From Macrostomum lignano (taxonomy: Eukaryota): DNA of 64,000 bases. How positions within the stretch are numbered: the stretch's first letter is position 1; each line of letters opens with the position of its first letter. The DNA lies in NCBI GenBank assembly GCA_002269645.1, contig NIVC01001917.1:62001-126000 (forward strand). The letters run 5' to 3'. A program made the position numbers and the translations under genes. Shown piece by piece: positions 1 through 12,200 of the stretch. The notes beneath the pieces are model-generated. The model did not search any database. It had not been told where the DNA came from and saw only the letters and a list, made by a program, of their open reading frames with translations.

Positions 1-441
1 CAGCACAGCATGGCCAATGCAACAAGATTGTGTTGAATCTCGGTTAACTGGCTAGTTGGCGTGTTTGTATATTTTGCTCAAGTTAGCTTATTTGATTACC
101 TGCTGAGGAAATCATGTAAATTTAGGAAAATAACGGAGGCGGATCTTCATACAATAGAAAAATCCTGGCAATAACCATAAAAGTGGGATGGACAACGTTT
201 TTTGACCATCATACGAAAGTATAATTATAACACTAATCCTCTGACAGACATAAGTTCGTCTGATTACAAAGCAAGTATGACAATTGAAGTCAATAATCTA
301 TCAGTTGGTCTATATAGTTTTTTAGTTTAATAAGCGGCCCGCAAAGCCTTCCTATCCGACCTTCATATCAGGTCAAGGTTTGTCATTTGCCATTTGAGCC
401 TCAGTTAATAGAGTGATTATATTAAAAAATACAAATTGCAG

Positions 442-650
442 AAGTTCTGCGAACCCGCCTACGCCAGGAGGGCTCAAAGTACACCGGCCTTGTCCAGACT
501 GTGCGCCTCGTTGTCAAAGAGGAAGGCTTCCGCGCCATGTACAAAGGCCTGCTGACTCATTTTGTTCGCCAGATTCCTAACACCTGTATAGTGCTAACCA
601 CCTATGAGGGTGTACTGCATTTCTTCCGTTCTAATGGCATGCTGCTGTAG
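442..650 (+). CDS. SLC25A36: Last coding exon of mitochondrial carrier, SLC25A33/36 (Rim2-like pyrimidine nucleotide carrier); upstream exons lie outside the window
   Basis: Acceptor ttgcag ends at 441. Reads (E)VLRTRLRQEGSKYTGLVQTVRLVVKEEGFRAMYKGLLTHFVRQIPNTCIVLTTYEGVLHFFRSNGMLL*, matching the third carrier repeat as remembered for SLC25A33/36 (EV.RTRLR.EG, RQIPNT). AATAAA near 850. The two paralogues cannot be distinguished. Confidence 0.85.
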
Positions 651-2860
651 GATCCTTGTGTGCAGTGTATAACCGATATGTCTGGGTGCATTTTGTGTTT
701 AGAGTTTGTTGTATCTTTGAAGTTATAAAATATAGCAATGAACTTGAGTCTTGATGTTGTATGTGCGTTTATAAAGCTATTTATCCCCCACTTGCCCCGG
801 GCGAACGTCTATGGTCTCAGTGTAAATTTCATTTATTTGCATCGGTGCAAATAAACGGTTTATTTCACTCGCCCAAAGACAATATTAAAACGCTGTTTCT
901 AACTGCTCACTTGGCTACATAGAGAGAATTGTCTGAAACATTCACCGCATGTCTGAATCTGCAGAATATGGTATAGAAATTCTGCTATAGACCATAGACA
1001 TCAAATCATTTTTTTAAAATTGTCTTAATGTTCTTAACGCTTTCCCTGTTACGCTGCTTCTACCTTAAGTGGTGGATACATCACATATTCCCCGTTAATA
1101 CCAAGTGTCTAGGGCAAAAATGCTTTATTTGCCCTACACACTGGTATAAATGGGGAATATAAACCATTTATCGCACTGCATGCACCCAGGAATAAATTTT
1201 TCTACTAAACTGTGTACTAGCATTGTCTGGCCTTCAGTCAGAATTTGTTTATTATGTTTAGCATATTTTTTCTTAAATCTTGCCCCAAAACCCATTGCTT
1301 CATGATTCAATAAGTAGTATTTTGTGCTATAATAAGCAGGTTAGTTATTGTACCGACAATAATTTTCGCCCGACCATGTGTTTGCGCCTATGCTGCCTGT
1401 CCGATTCCTTTCGCTGTAGTTAATAAACATTCGTATTTCGGTGCGAACTTCAGCAATTCTTGCTTGAATTGCCTCTTTTTAATTAGAGGTGCTCTTCGGA
1501 TTATTTCGAGTTCGCATGGCCTAGAGGGCCAGTTTAAGGGGTAAATGGTGCAGCTCAGGCTAATAAGCCTCTTTAGTCGGTCTAACCGAACGATTGCAAA
1601 AAATATTTTTTTCGTTCGAGCGCTGCTGCGGATTTAAAGTTTAACAGTTTTCACTTTGTCCGCTCGCCTTGCCGTTTGTTTTCTTTTGATGAATAACGTT
1701 TCTATTTTTCACTTACTTTATTAAAGTACTTGTTCGTGACAGACTGTGACCCACTGATTATTAAAATTGTGTTTCGCCACAGATTATGACATAACGCTGC
1801 TGGTAATTATATTATTAAAATGTTGTTGGTATTCAGCTTTCCTGTCACAAACCTTTGGTAAAGGAGTTTGCGTTTCTTGCTGTTTTCCTTCATTTTATTA
1901 TTAGTTGTGCTAATTACTGCACCGCTCTTTGTTACAGGTGGATGATGGCTGAAAATGAGAGTTTAATTTTTTATAATCCTTTCCTTTCCCTATTGAAACA
2001 TCAAATTGACCATTTTGTATCCCTGCGGGAAAACCTCGCGCGGGCAAACCTCTGCGAGAAATCCTCATAGACCCCTACGTTAAACTGTAATCATTCCCTC
2101 TCACTGTTACGAATCGTTCAAATTCTCGTCTATAATTGTTTTTCCAAAACTTCATAATATCTATTTGCACTTTTTAGTGTCCGGTACCCGTCCTATTTGA
2201 TATTTGTGGTTGTGGCAGTTTGTGCAGCTTTCCTCATCCGTAGTGTGCTGCCGGCACTAGATACAAAATTGGTTCAATTTTTCTCTTGTGCGTGGCTGTT
2301 CCTGCTCTTCAGCTGCCTCTGATTCTACCTTTTCCCCGGCAGACTAGCCCAGAACCTAGCTCGAATATCTTGCCTAGCTGTAGTAAAAGTACATCCAAAG
2401 ATTGACAAAGCTTCCACTGCAGTTAGTCATAATCTGGTTGGTTCTTATGATAAGCCATGGAAATTAAGGGGCAAGGAATTATATAGTACATTTGTGCGTG
2501 CACGAAAAATTCATGGACCATTTATCGCAACCAAACGTTTGAAAAGTGACAAACCATGCTAGCTTGTACGTGTCGCTACTTTAAGTAGGATACGCAATTT
2601 TTGAACTGAATTTACAACTAACAATCGGCAGACGGAACGTGGCGTGTCGCGACAGGGCCCGTACACGGCCAACACAATCGGCGATAAACTGCCGTACTAT
2701 TGCCGATGTATTTCGCTCAAAAAGATTAACCATTACGTTGCAATGCATCTGCATGTACATGTTATAGCGAAGTAAATGTTTATTTTAGCTACGACACGTA
2801 GACGACTTTAGGATAGCCAGAAGTTCTTTCCACAACAAGTTATACAAGATAATGTAGCTA

Positions 2861-3565
2861 CTACTTTTTTTCCAATCCGTACCGGAACATGTGCCTCTTG
2901 CCATACCGGAATATGTGTCTCTTGCCGTACCGGAACATCTGCCTCTTGCCGTACCGGAACATCTGCCTCTTGCCGTACCGGAACATGTGTCTCTTGCCGT
3001 ACCGGAACATGTGTCTCTTGCCGTACCGGAACATCTGCCTCTTGCCGTACCGGAACATCTGCCTCTTGCCGTACCGGAACATGTGTCTCTTGCCGTACCG
3101 GAACATCTGCCTCTTGCCGTACCGGAACATCTGCCTCTTGCCGTACCGGAACATGTGTCTCTTGCCGTACCGGAACATCTGCCTCTTGTCGTACCGGAAC
3201 ATCTGCCTCTTGCCGTACCGGAACATGTGTCTCTTGCCGTACCGGAACATCTGTCTCTTGCCGTACCGGAACATCTGTCTCTTGCCGTACCGGAACATCT
3301 GTCTCTTGCCGTACCGGAACATCTGTCTCTTGCCGTACCGGAACATCTGCCTTTTAGCGAATGCATCAGTCCATCCGTCGTCAGTTCTGTCTAAGTTATC
3401 ACCGTCATTCGATATCGGGCCATTAGCAACCTTCGATAGCTGACAATCCTCAGACGGCAAGATCTCGATTCCGCAGTCGGTTGAAACAAAGTGGCCGCTC
3501 GCGCACAAGCCGAAGCCTGCAGTAGCGACTAGCGATAAAGCCAACAAAATCTTGCAGACAGACAT
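2861..3565 (-). CDS. Neuropeptide precursor, 20 tandem (Q/H)MFRY-G-KR units (FRYamide peptides)
   Basis: 234-aa single-exon ORF: hydrophobic signal peptide (MSVCKILLALSLVATAGFGLCA), acidic spacer, then 24-bp units with a Gly amide donor and KR dibasic sites. 12x QMFRYG, 5x HMFRYG, 1x HIFRYG, 1x QMFRYD, final HMFRYGLE. AATAAA on minus strand at ~2779-2784. Confidence 0.95.
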   Translation of the reverse strand: MSVCKILLALSLVATAGFGLCASGHFVSTDCGIEILPSEDCQLSKVANGPISNDGDNLDRTDDGWTDAFAKRQMFRYGKRQMFRYGKRQMFRYGKRQMFRYGKRQMFRYGKRHMFRYGKRQMFRYDKRQMFRYGKRHMFRYGKRQMFRYGKRQMFRYGKRHMFRYGKRQMFRYGKRQMFRYGKRHMFRYGKRHMFRYGKRQMFRYGKRQMFRYGKRHIFRYGKRHMFRYGLEKK

Positions 3566-3607
3566 TTTGAAAAAAGGCAGACTCTTGAAGCTTCACCATT
3601 TAGCCAG

Positions 3608-3614
3608 TTTTATA
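3608..3614 (-). promoter_or_regulatory. Candidate TATA box of the neuropeptide gene
   Basis: TATAAAA on minus strand 43-49 nt upstream of the ATG, inside a small inverted repeat CCAGT-TTTAT-ACTGG. Confidence 0.5.
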
Positions 3615-4547
3615 CTGGCCCGAAAGCGCCGTTGTCGCTAATGGACTGATCCTTATTTTCCAGTCGATCGAGACGACTCAGACCAAGGAGCGGCAAAGCG
3701 AAGATGATGATAAGAGCAAGCAAGCATAGGAAACAACCAGATACAGATCAATGAGGCCATGGCGAGGAGAGCCAAAGGGTGTGGCCCATTCGACATAAAG
3801 GCAAAGCGGGCCCGCGCCCGCTATTCTGAATGCTGTTTATCAATTTAAACGATAAACTGAAATCTGTAGCCTAGCTAAAAAACCCAGCTCAAAATCAAAT
3901 CAAATAAGTAAAACGCAGGCTACCGAATAGATTTTTTGCGCTATATTTAAAGCCACAAGCCTGTGTGCGCTACGAGCTGTATATTTGTAACACTATTTAT
4001 ATATATATTAACAATGGCCAAACACATGACAGAAGGCTAATATTAATTAGTAGCAAACAATTCTGCAAGCGTGCATAATGGTTTAGCCAGTTATGACACA
4101 ATCACAGTTGATGGCTAACATAGTGGACAACGTTTTCTCCATACAGTAGCACGGCTAATATTATATAAGTTATAGCACAGGCCAAGCTGACAAGTAATCT
4201 GGTTTTGACTGGCTACTGGCAATGTATCATATTTCACTGCGGATGCAACAATAACAATAATAAAATTCAGACTAGCATTGTGCAATTAAAAAGCAGGTAC
4301 GACCTCTGCCAAATTAATAACGGAATTAGCTACATCGCATGCAGGTGCAGAGACAATAATAGCATACACATTTATTTATATGTAGATAAGATTTATGGAG
4401 ATCCCGTATCTAGGTAAAATTTCAAAAAAAATTAATTGGTACAGCTAGGTATCACATTCTTGAAGAAGCTTTAATAACTGAGAATATATACAAACATCCT
4501 TGAAAAACTAAACACGCTTTCATTTTGCTATTGAAACGATCTAGGAG

Positions 4548-4775
4548 GACGGCTGATCCAGTTGAAGTTTCTGGGAGGGCGGCTGATCCAGCTGAAGGAT
4601 CTGGGAGGGCGGCTGATGCAGCTGAAGGATCTGGGAGGGCGGCTGATCCAGCTGAAGGATCTGGGAGGGCGGCTGATCCAGCTGAAGGATCTGGGAGGGC
4701 GGCTGGTCCAGCTGAAGGATCTGGGAGGGCGGCTGATCCAGCTGAAGGATCTGGGAGGGTGGCTGCTCCAGCTGA
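4548..4775. repeat. 30-bp minisatellite (gctgatccagctgaaggatctgggagggcg), ~7.5 copies
   Basis: Direct reading. Confidence 0.9.
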
Positions 4776-5814
4776 ATGATCTATCGTCGATAGATTCGGA
4801 TAGATTTATCGTCGGAGTTCGAAGAAAGATGTTGTCAGGAATCTTCTTTCACCAAAGGAACAATTATTCCTTAAACCCTGTGACCAAATATGTAGTGAAT
4901 GAAATAATTAACGCAATGAGAGGTGAAGATAACAAGTTAATAAACTAATACGAATTCAACCTGCTTGTGCATTCGCAAATAAAATTATTCAGACTAAAAC
5001 ATCGTTTCGCCCGGAACTCTTTGACATATACGAGTAAAATCGGTGCAAAAAAGACAAAAGTTGGAAAAAAGTAATTAGTTAAAAATAGACTTAACGCATT
5101 AGATGCAAACGGTGGGACTCGCGCCCAGTAACCAAGGTAAACAAATAGGTAAAAAGTCCATCGAAAACGCTCCCTAAAAGTACAAAGCTGCGGTCACGCA
5201 AGGCGTGCGGGCATGCAATTGGGCAGGACAAAAATCCAAGCCGTTACAGCTGTGCGAGGCAAGGCTAGGTTGGTGGCGAAGCCGCAGCCAATCAGAACCG
5301 GACCAGCTGATGAACAGACAGACTCGGCTGGGCCAATCACGGGCCCGCTAAAACAGATGCATCGTGTGGGGCGCAGTATCAGGCTTACGTGGGGTACAAA
5401 AAGTGCTAAATTTTATTGCGGCACTACTGTTATTAGTAAGAATGTAAACTAAAAGTGCAATTAACAACAATTCAAAGTAGAACGCAAGCGTCATGCAAAC
5501 CGTCTATTAATAATCCCAGGTGTTTTTTCAGGTGTTCTGAAAACTTAATAATTATAGGTATTAATGCTTTTTGGTTTATGAACAACAATGAAAACACCAA
5601 AATACAAACGGAAGTTTCAGTGGGATAGCAGTAGTATCTATGCAGCAAAGGTAGGCAGGAAGCGAGCAAGCGGTTATAAAAGGCCAGAGTAAAAAAATAG
5701 CGGTTAGAAAGCTGCAGGTTCAGTTAAAGGTATAAAAAGCGAAACAAACACCAAGCTTGATGGTATATGAGGCTGCAAAGGTGGGGTCTGAATGACCTTT
5801 ATCACCAAACCACC

Positions 5815-6095
5815 ACCTCACTAAGCACATAACAACCCACTCACTAAGCACATAGCAACCCTCTCACTAAGCACATAACAACCCACTCACTAAGCACATA
5901 GCAACCCTCTCACTAAGCACATAGCAACCCACTCACTAAGCACATAACAACCCACTCACTAAGCACATAACAACCCACTCACTAAGCACATAACAACCCT
6001 CTCACTAAGCACATAACAACCCTCTCACTAAGCACATAACAACCCTCTCACTAAGCATATAACTGGCCTCTCATTAAGCATATAACAACCCTCTC
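5815..6095. repeat. 23-bp minisatellite (cactcactaagcacataacaacc), ~12 copies
   Basis: Direct reading, period 23. Confidence 0.9.
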
Positions 6096-6243
6096 AAAGC
6101 GTCTCAAATTTGAATAGATAATAATTAGCAAACTAAAAAACGCGGGACTGGACTATTTTTACACCACCAAGCAAGAGGAAATTGCTAAAGAAGAAAGCAT
6201 GCAGAAAAGCACACAAAGAAAGGCCACAAAAGTCACCGCATTA

Positions 6244-9200
6244 TTAAACAACGCCTAGCACGGAGCTCATTATACCTTCGTCCGAGCTGAAACAGGCCGG
6301 ACAGTGCAGTCGGTCCCGTCTAACTCGGACATCAGCTCCGGTGGTGCCGTTGCCAAGCGGGAGGCTGCACACGCAACACTTGAAGCATTTGATGTGATAG
6401 TACAGGCCAAGCGACTCAATGGCCATGGCGCCGCCAGAGCCTGCGGTGATTGACAGCCAGCGGGATGGAGGTGATGGATAACTAAGCAGCCTTCTAAATA
6501 TAGCGATTTTAGGCTTATACTTATATAAATAGGATACCCATTCTTACCGGTTTATTACAGTATTATATTGACTGAATCTTATTAATTTTAAGTTTACTGC
6601 AATATCGAATGCATTCATTACAAGACTGAATTCAATTCATTACAATATCTAACCCATTCATTACAATATCTAACCCATTCATTATAATATCTAACCCATT
6701 CATTACAATATCTAACCCATTCATTACAATATCTAACCCATTCATTACAATATCTAACCCATTCATTACAAGATCTAATCTATTCATTACAAGATCTAAT
6801 CCATTCATTACAAGATCTAATCCATTCATTATAATATCTAATCTATTCATTACAATATCTAATCCATTCATTACAAGATCTAATCCATTCATTACAAGAT
6901 CTAATCCATTCATTATAATATCTAATCTATTCATTACAATATCTAATCTATTCATTACAAGATCTAATCCATTCATTACAAGATCTTATCCATTCATTAC
7001 AAGATCTAATCCATTTATTACAATATCTAATCCATTCATTACAAGATCTAATCCATTCATTACAATATCTAATCCATTCATTACAAGATCTAATCCATTC
7101 ATAACAATATCTAATCCATTCATTACAAGATCTAATCCATTCATTACAAGATCTAATCCATTCATTACAAGATCTAATCCATTCATTACAAGATCTAATC
7201 CATTCATTATAATATCTAATCTATTCATTACAATATCTAATCTATTCATTACAAGATCTAATCCATTCATTACAAGATCTTATCCATTCATTACAAGATC
7301 TAATCCATTTATTACAATATCTAATCCATTCATTACAAGATCTAATCCATTCATTACAATATCTAATCCATTCATTACAAGATCTAATCCATTCATAACA
7401 ATATCTAATCCATTCATTACAAGATCTAATCCATTCATTACAAGATCTAATCCATTCATTACAAGATCTAATCCATTCATTACAAGATCTAATCCATTCA
7501 TTACAAGATCTAATCCATTCATTACAAGATCTAATCCATTCATTACAATATCTAATCCATTCATTACAAGATCTAATCCATTCATTACAAGATCTAATCC
7601 ATTCATTACAATATCTAATCCATTCATAACAATATCTAATCCATTCATTACAAGATCTAATCCATTCATTACAATATCTAATCCATTCATTACAATATCT
7701 AATCCATTCATTACAATATCTAATCCATTCATTACAAGATCTAATCCATTCATTACAAGATCTAATCCATTTATTACAATATCTAATCCATTCATTACAA
7801 GATCTAATCCATTCATTACAATATCTAATCCATTCATTACAAGATCTAATCCATTCATAACAATATCTAATCCATTCATTACAAGATCTAATCCATTCAT
7901 TACAAGATCTAATCCATTCATTACAAGATCTAATCCATTCATTACAAGATCTAATCCATTCATTACAAGATCTAATCCATTCATTACAAGATCTAATCCA
8001 TTCATTACAATATCTAATCCATTCATTACAAGATCTAATCCATTCATTACAAGATCTAATCCATTCATTACAATATCTAATCCATTCATAACAATATCTA
8101 ATCCATTCATTACAAGATCTAATCCATTCATTACAAGATCTAATCCATTCATTACAATATCTAATCCATTCATTACAATATCTAATCCATTCATTACAAG
8201 ATCTAATCCATTCATTACAAGATCTAATCCATTCATTACAATATCTAATCCATTCATAACAATATCTAACCCATTCATTACAATATCTAACCCATTCATT
8301 ACAATATCTAATCCATTCATTACAAGATCTAATCCATTCATTACAATATCTAATCCATTCATTACAATATCTAATCCATTCATTACAATATCTAATCCAT
8401 TCATTACAAGATCTAATCCATTCATTACAAGATCTAATCCATTCATTACAAGATCTAATCCATTCATTACAATATCTAATCCATTCATTACAATATCTAA
8501 TCCATTCATTACAATATCTAATCCATTCATTACAAGACCGAACCCAGTCTTTACAAGGCTGAACCCAGCAGTTCAAAGAACATAACACAGTGGCTCCTAC
8601 CCAGCTCCGTGAAGCAATGCGAGCAGCGCTTCTTGCCGCTAACTGACAGCGGGCGCTCCCGCTGCTGCTTGGCGCCTGTTGACCGAGGCGCCACTAGCGC
8701 GGGCGCTGGCGCCGCTGACTGTAGTAGAAGATTGCCAATGCTGCCACTGCTAATTCTGGGCGGCAGCGGCGGCGGCGGCGGCTGTTGCTGCGGAGGTGAG
8801 ATCGGTGACTCGGTGTCGAAATCTCGCTGGTCAGCAACAACAGCTGACGGAGCTTCATCATCTCCTGGCTCCTGACGGCTGAGTCGGCCGCTGTCGCTTG
8901 ACTGACTTCGGTGCTTCAGCTGCTCGCCTCGGCGTCTGTTGGAGGAATTTGAGCAGAAGTTGAGTAGGGGATTGTAGCCTAGTGGTCAGAGCGTCGGAAT
9001 CACGACTGCGCAATAGCTGCGGCTGAGCTGTCGGTTGCACATCTGGCCCATTAGGGCAGGTGTAATCAATTATTATTATTATTATTATTGAGTAGAAAAC
9101 GGCGACATCATAACCCACACAACTGGCGCTGAGGCCATTCTGCCCATTCCGCTGACTCCTAAGCACATGCAAGCGCGCCAATGCTGTACGCAGGCCCGCA

Positions 9201-12200
9201 CTCATGCACTCGCTCACACAGGGTGTACAGCGGCCCCGACTTTAAAAGAACACCTTAAAATCAATAAAGTTTGACAATCATTCACTCACGCTAATCGTGA
9301 CAATCTCTGATCCTGATGCTGTTCCATTATTGTTTGATTCTGCAGCAATTTCTGCGGCGATTGCTGCAGACTCTGCTTCTGCTGCGACGAGCCGTCGCCG
9401 TTTGTTAGATTCTGAGAAGAAAATAAAAAAGAATTAAATTTGCCCTAATTATACTACTAGTTAAGTAGGACGATGAGAAAAAATTGCGGCAAGCAAACCT
9501 TAAGCGGGTCCTTGCCAGTAATAGCATTGTCTGGCATCGACTGACGCAACAGCTGCGTTGCAGATGACGGATGCTGCACCAGCTGACGACGTGGCGACGG
9601 CTCTCTCTGAATTAATTTGTTATAAAAAATTATCAAAAAATTATAATTGTAATTTTACAACACGGTTGCATTCTCCTATAGCAATTGAAACTCATAAGCA
9701 ACATTCGGCATGCCAATTTTCCTCAGCAGTCTAAGCAGATCACCGATTAGTTGGAGCGTATTGCACACGCATACTACTAGTAGTAGCTCAGGTTTCTATC
9801 TATAAAGTATCTTCACAGCAATCATCAATGCGAGATTTATGTATGCTGCACTATTGAGCTGAACTTTCTAATAGAAAGCAGAAAAAGCGGGGGAAAAATT
9901 TCGCTCAATTTTACAAAACATCCTACTCATACGAGCTATGAGTAGCATGGTTAGAAAAACAAACACATGCAATTTTCAACAAAGCGCGGGAATTCGAAAG
10001 CTACCCTGACGATTCTTGGAAAGCTACGGCAGTCCGGGCTCTCTGGTACTGATTAAGCAGTTACTGTCCAAGACACAGCTGTCTCACCTTCCTGACCAGA
10101 ATGACTGCGCGAAAAATGAGTATGTAATAATAGAAACAGTAAAAACTGAATAAGGCATTGACTGAAAATTTCTGAGAACTGTATAGTACCTCTATGCAAA
10201 GATTTATTGAACAAAGACCCCTATTGCAGTTTCACAAAGACCCCGATTACAGTTTTACAAAGACCCCGATTGCAGTTTCACAAAGACCCCGATTGCAGTT
10301 TCACAACGACCCCTATTGCAGTTTCACAAAGACCCCGATTGCAGTTTCACAAAGACCCCGATTGCAGTTTCACAACGACCCCTATTGCAGTTTCACAAAG
10401 ACCCCGATTGCAGTTTCACAAAGCCCCCGGTTTCAGTTTTCCAAAGACCCCGATTACAGTTTTACAAAGACCCCGATTGCAGTTTCACAAAGACCCCGAT
10501 TGCAGTTTCACAGAGACCCCGATTGCAGTTTCACAACGACCCCGATTACAGTTTCACAAAGACCCCGATTGCAGTTTCACAAAGACCCCGATTGCAGTTT
10601 CACAAAGACCCCGATTACAGTTTCACAAAGACCCCGATTGCAGTTTCACAAAGACCCCGATTGCAGTTTCACAAAGACCCCGATTACAGTTTCACAAAGA
10701 CCCCGATTGCAGTTTCACAAAGACCCAGATTGCAGTTTCATAACGAACCCCGATTGCAGTTTCACAAAGACCCCGATTGCAGTTTCACAAAGACCCCGAT
10801 TGCAGTTTCATAGACCCCGATTGCAGTTTCACAAAGACCCCGATTGCAGTTTCACAAAGACCCCGATTGCAGTTTCACAACGAACCCCGATTGCAGTTTC
10901 ACAAAGACCCCGATTGCAGTTTCACAACGAACCCCGATTGCAGTTTCACAACGAACCCCGATTGCAGTTTCACAAAGACGCCGATTGCAGTTTCACAACG
11001 AACCCCGATTGCAGTTTCACAAAGACCCCGATTGCAGTTTCACAACGAACCCCGATTGCAGTTTCACAAAGACCCCGATTGCAGTTTCACAAAGACCCCG
11101 ATTGCAGTTTCACAAAGACCCCCAGTTGCATAGACATAGAGATTAAGGGACAGCGGCAGTCACAAAAAAGACGAGTAAACTGAAGCACTATAAAAATTGC
11201 ATTGCGTCAGAATAGACTAAACTTGTAAACCTAAAATTAAAAACCTAAGTAAAAACTAATAATAGAATAATTAGATATAAAAGTACAGCAAAATCGACAA
11301 GCCTACCTGGTGGCCTTCAGCAGTCAGCGAATTGGAAGCTGATAAACGGGAGTGCGGCTGAAATAGGAAACGTGATGACAGTCTTTTTGTTAGTTGCAGC
11401 AATTTGAAACTCGGGGATATGAAATTTTGGGATATGAGATTTGGGGATATGAAACTTTGGGATATGAAATTTGGAATATGAAATTTAGGGATATGAAACT
11501 TAAGGATATGAAATTTGGGGGTATGAAATTTGGGGATATGAAATTTGGGGTATGAAATTTGGGGGTATGAAATTTGGGGATATGAAATTTAGGGATATGA
11601 AACTTGGAATATGAAATTTAGGGATATGAAACTTAGGGATATGAAATTTGGGGATATGAAAATTTGGGGATATGAAATTTGGGGATATGAAACTTGGAAT
11701 ATGAAATTTAGGGATATGAAACTTAGGGATATGAAATTTGGGGATATGAAATTTGGGGATATGAAATTTGGGGTATGAAATTTGGGGATAAAAAATTTGG
11801 GAATACGAAATTTAGGAGTCTAAAATCTATGGGATGTGAAGTTTGTGAAGAGATATTCGATTGGAGAATTTGGAATTCGGTGAACATAAAATGCCCCCCA
11901 CCCCCGGCAACGGGCCCGACTCTTTAATCCTTACCACGGAAGCGGACACATCCGCGTAACGACCGCGCGGCGTTGCCGCAGCGATAGCGGCGTTAAACTT
12001 GGAGCTGACTGGCTGAAACTCCTGCCGGCGCTCCCAGGGCAGCGGCACAGACCGAGGCGAGGTTGGCAAGTTGCCAGCCGCGCTGGGGGTGGCGGCGGCG
12101 GCGGCGGAGGTCGAACTCAAATTGAAGCCGATGCCGGTAGCGACTCGGACGCCCGAGAATGAAGAGGAGAGCTGATCGGGCGGAGGCGGCGACTTACTCG

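Noticed and set aside
2785-3443. Three other repeat ORFs over the neuropeptide array (193, 184, 167 aa)
   Set aside because: Alternative or antisense frames of a 24-bp repeat; only the 2861-3565 frame has a signal peptide and KR/G processing logic.
6632-8588. Long ORFs of NGLDLVM / CNEWIRS repeats (up to 448 aa)
   Set aside because: By-products of a 21-bp intronic minisatellite lying between two exons that splice in phase.
10194-11183. Overlapping 100-329 aa ORFs; similar cases at 13163-15300, 17929-19482, 43080-44646, 50208-51056
   Set aside because: Stop-free minisatellite translations open in several frames, with no domain content.
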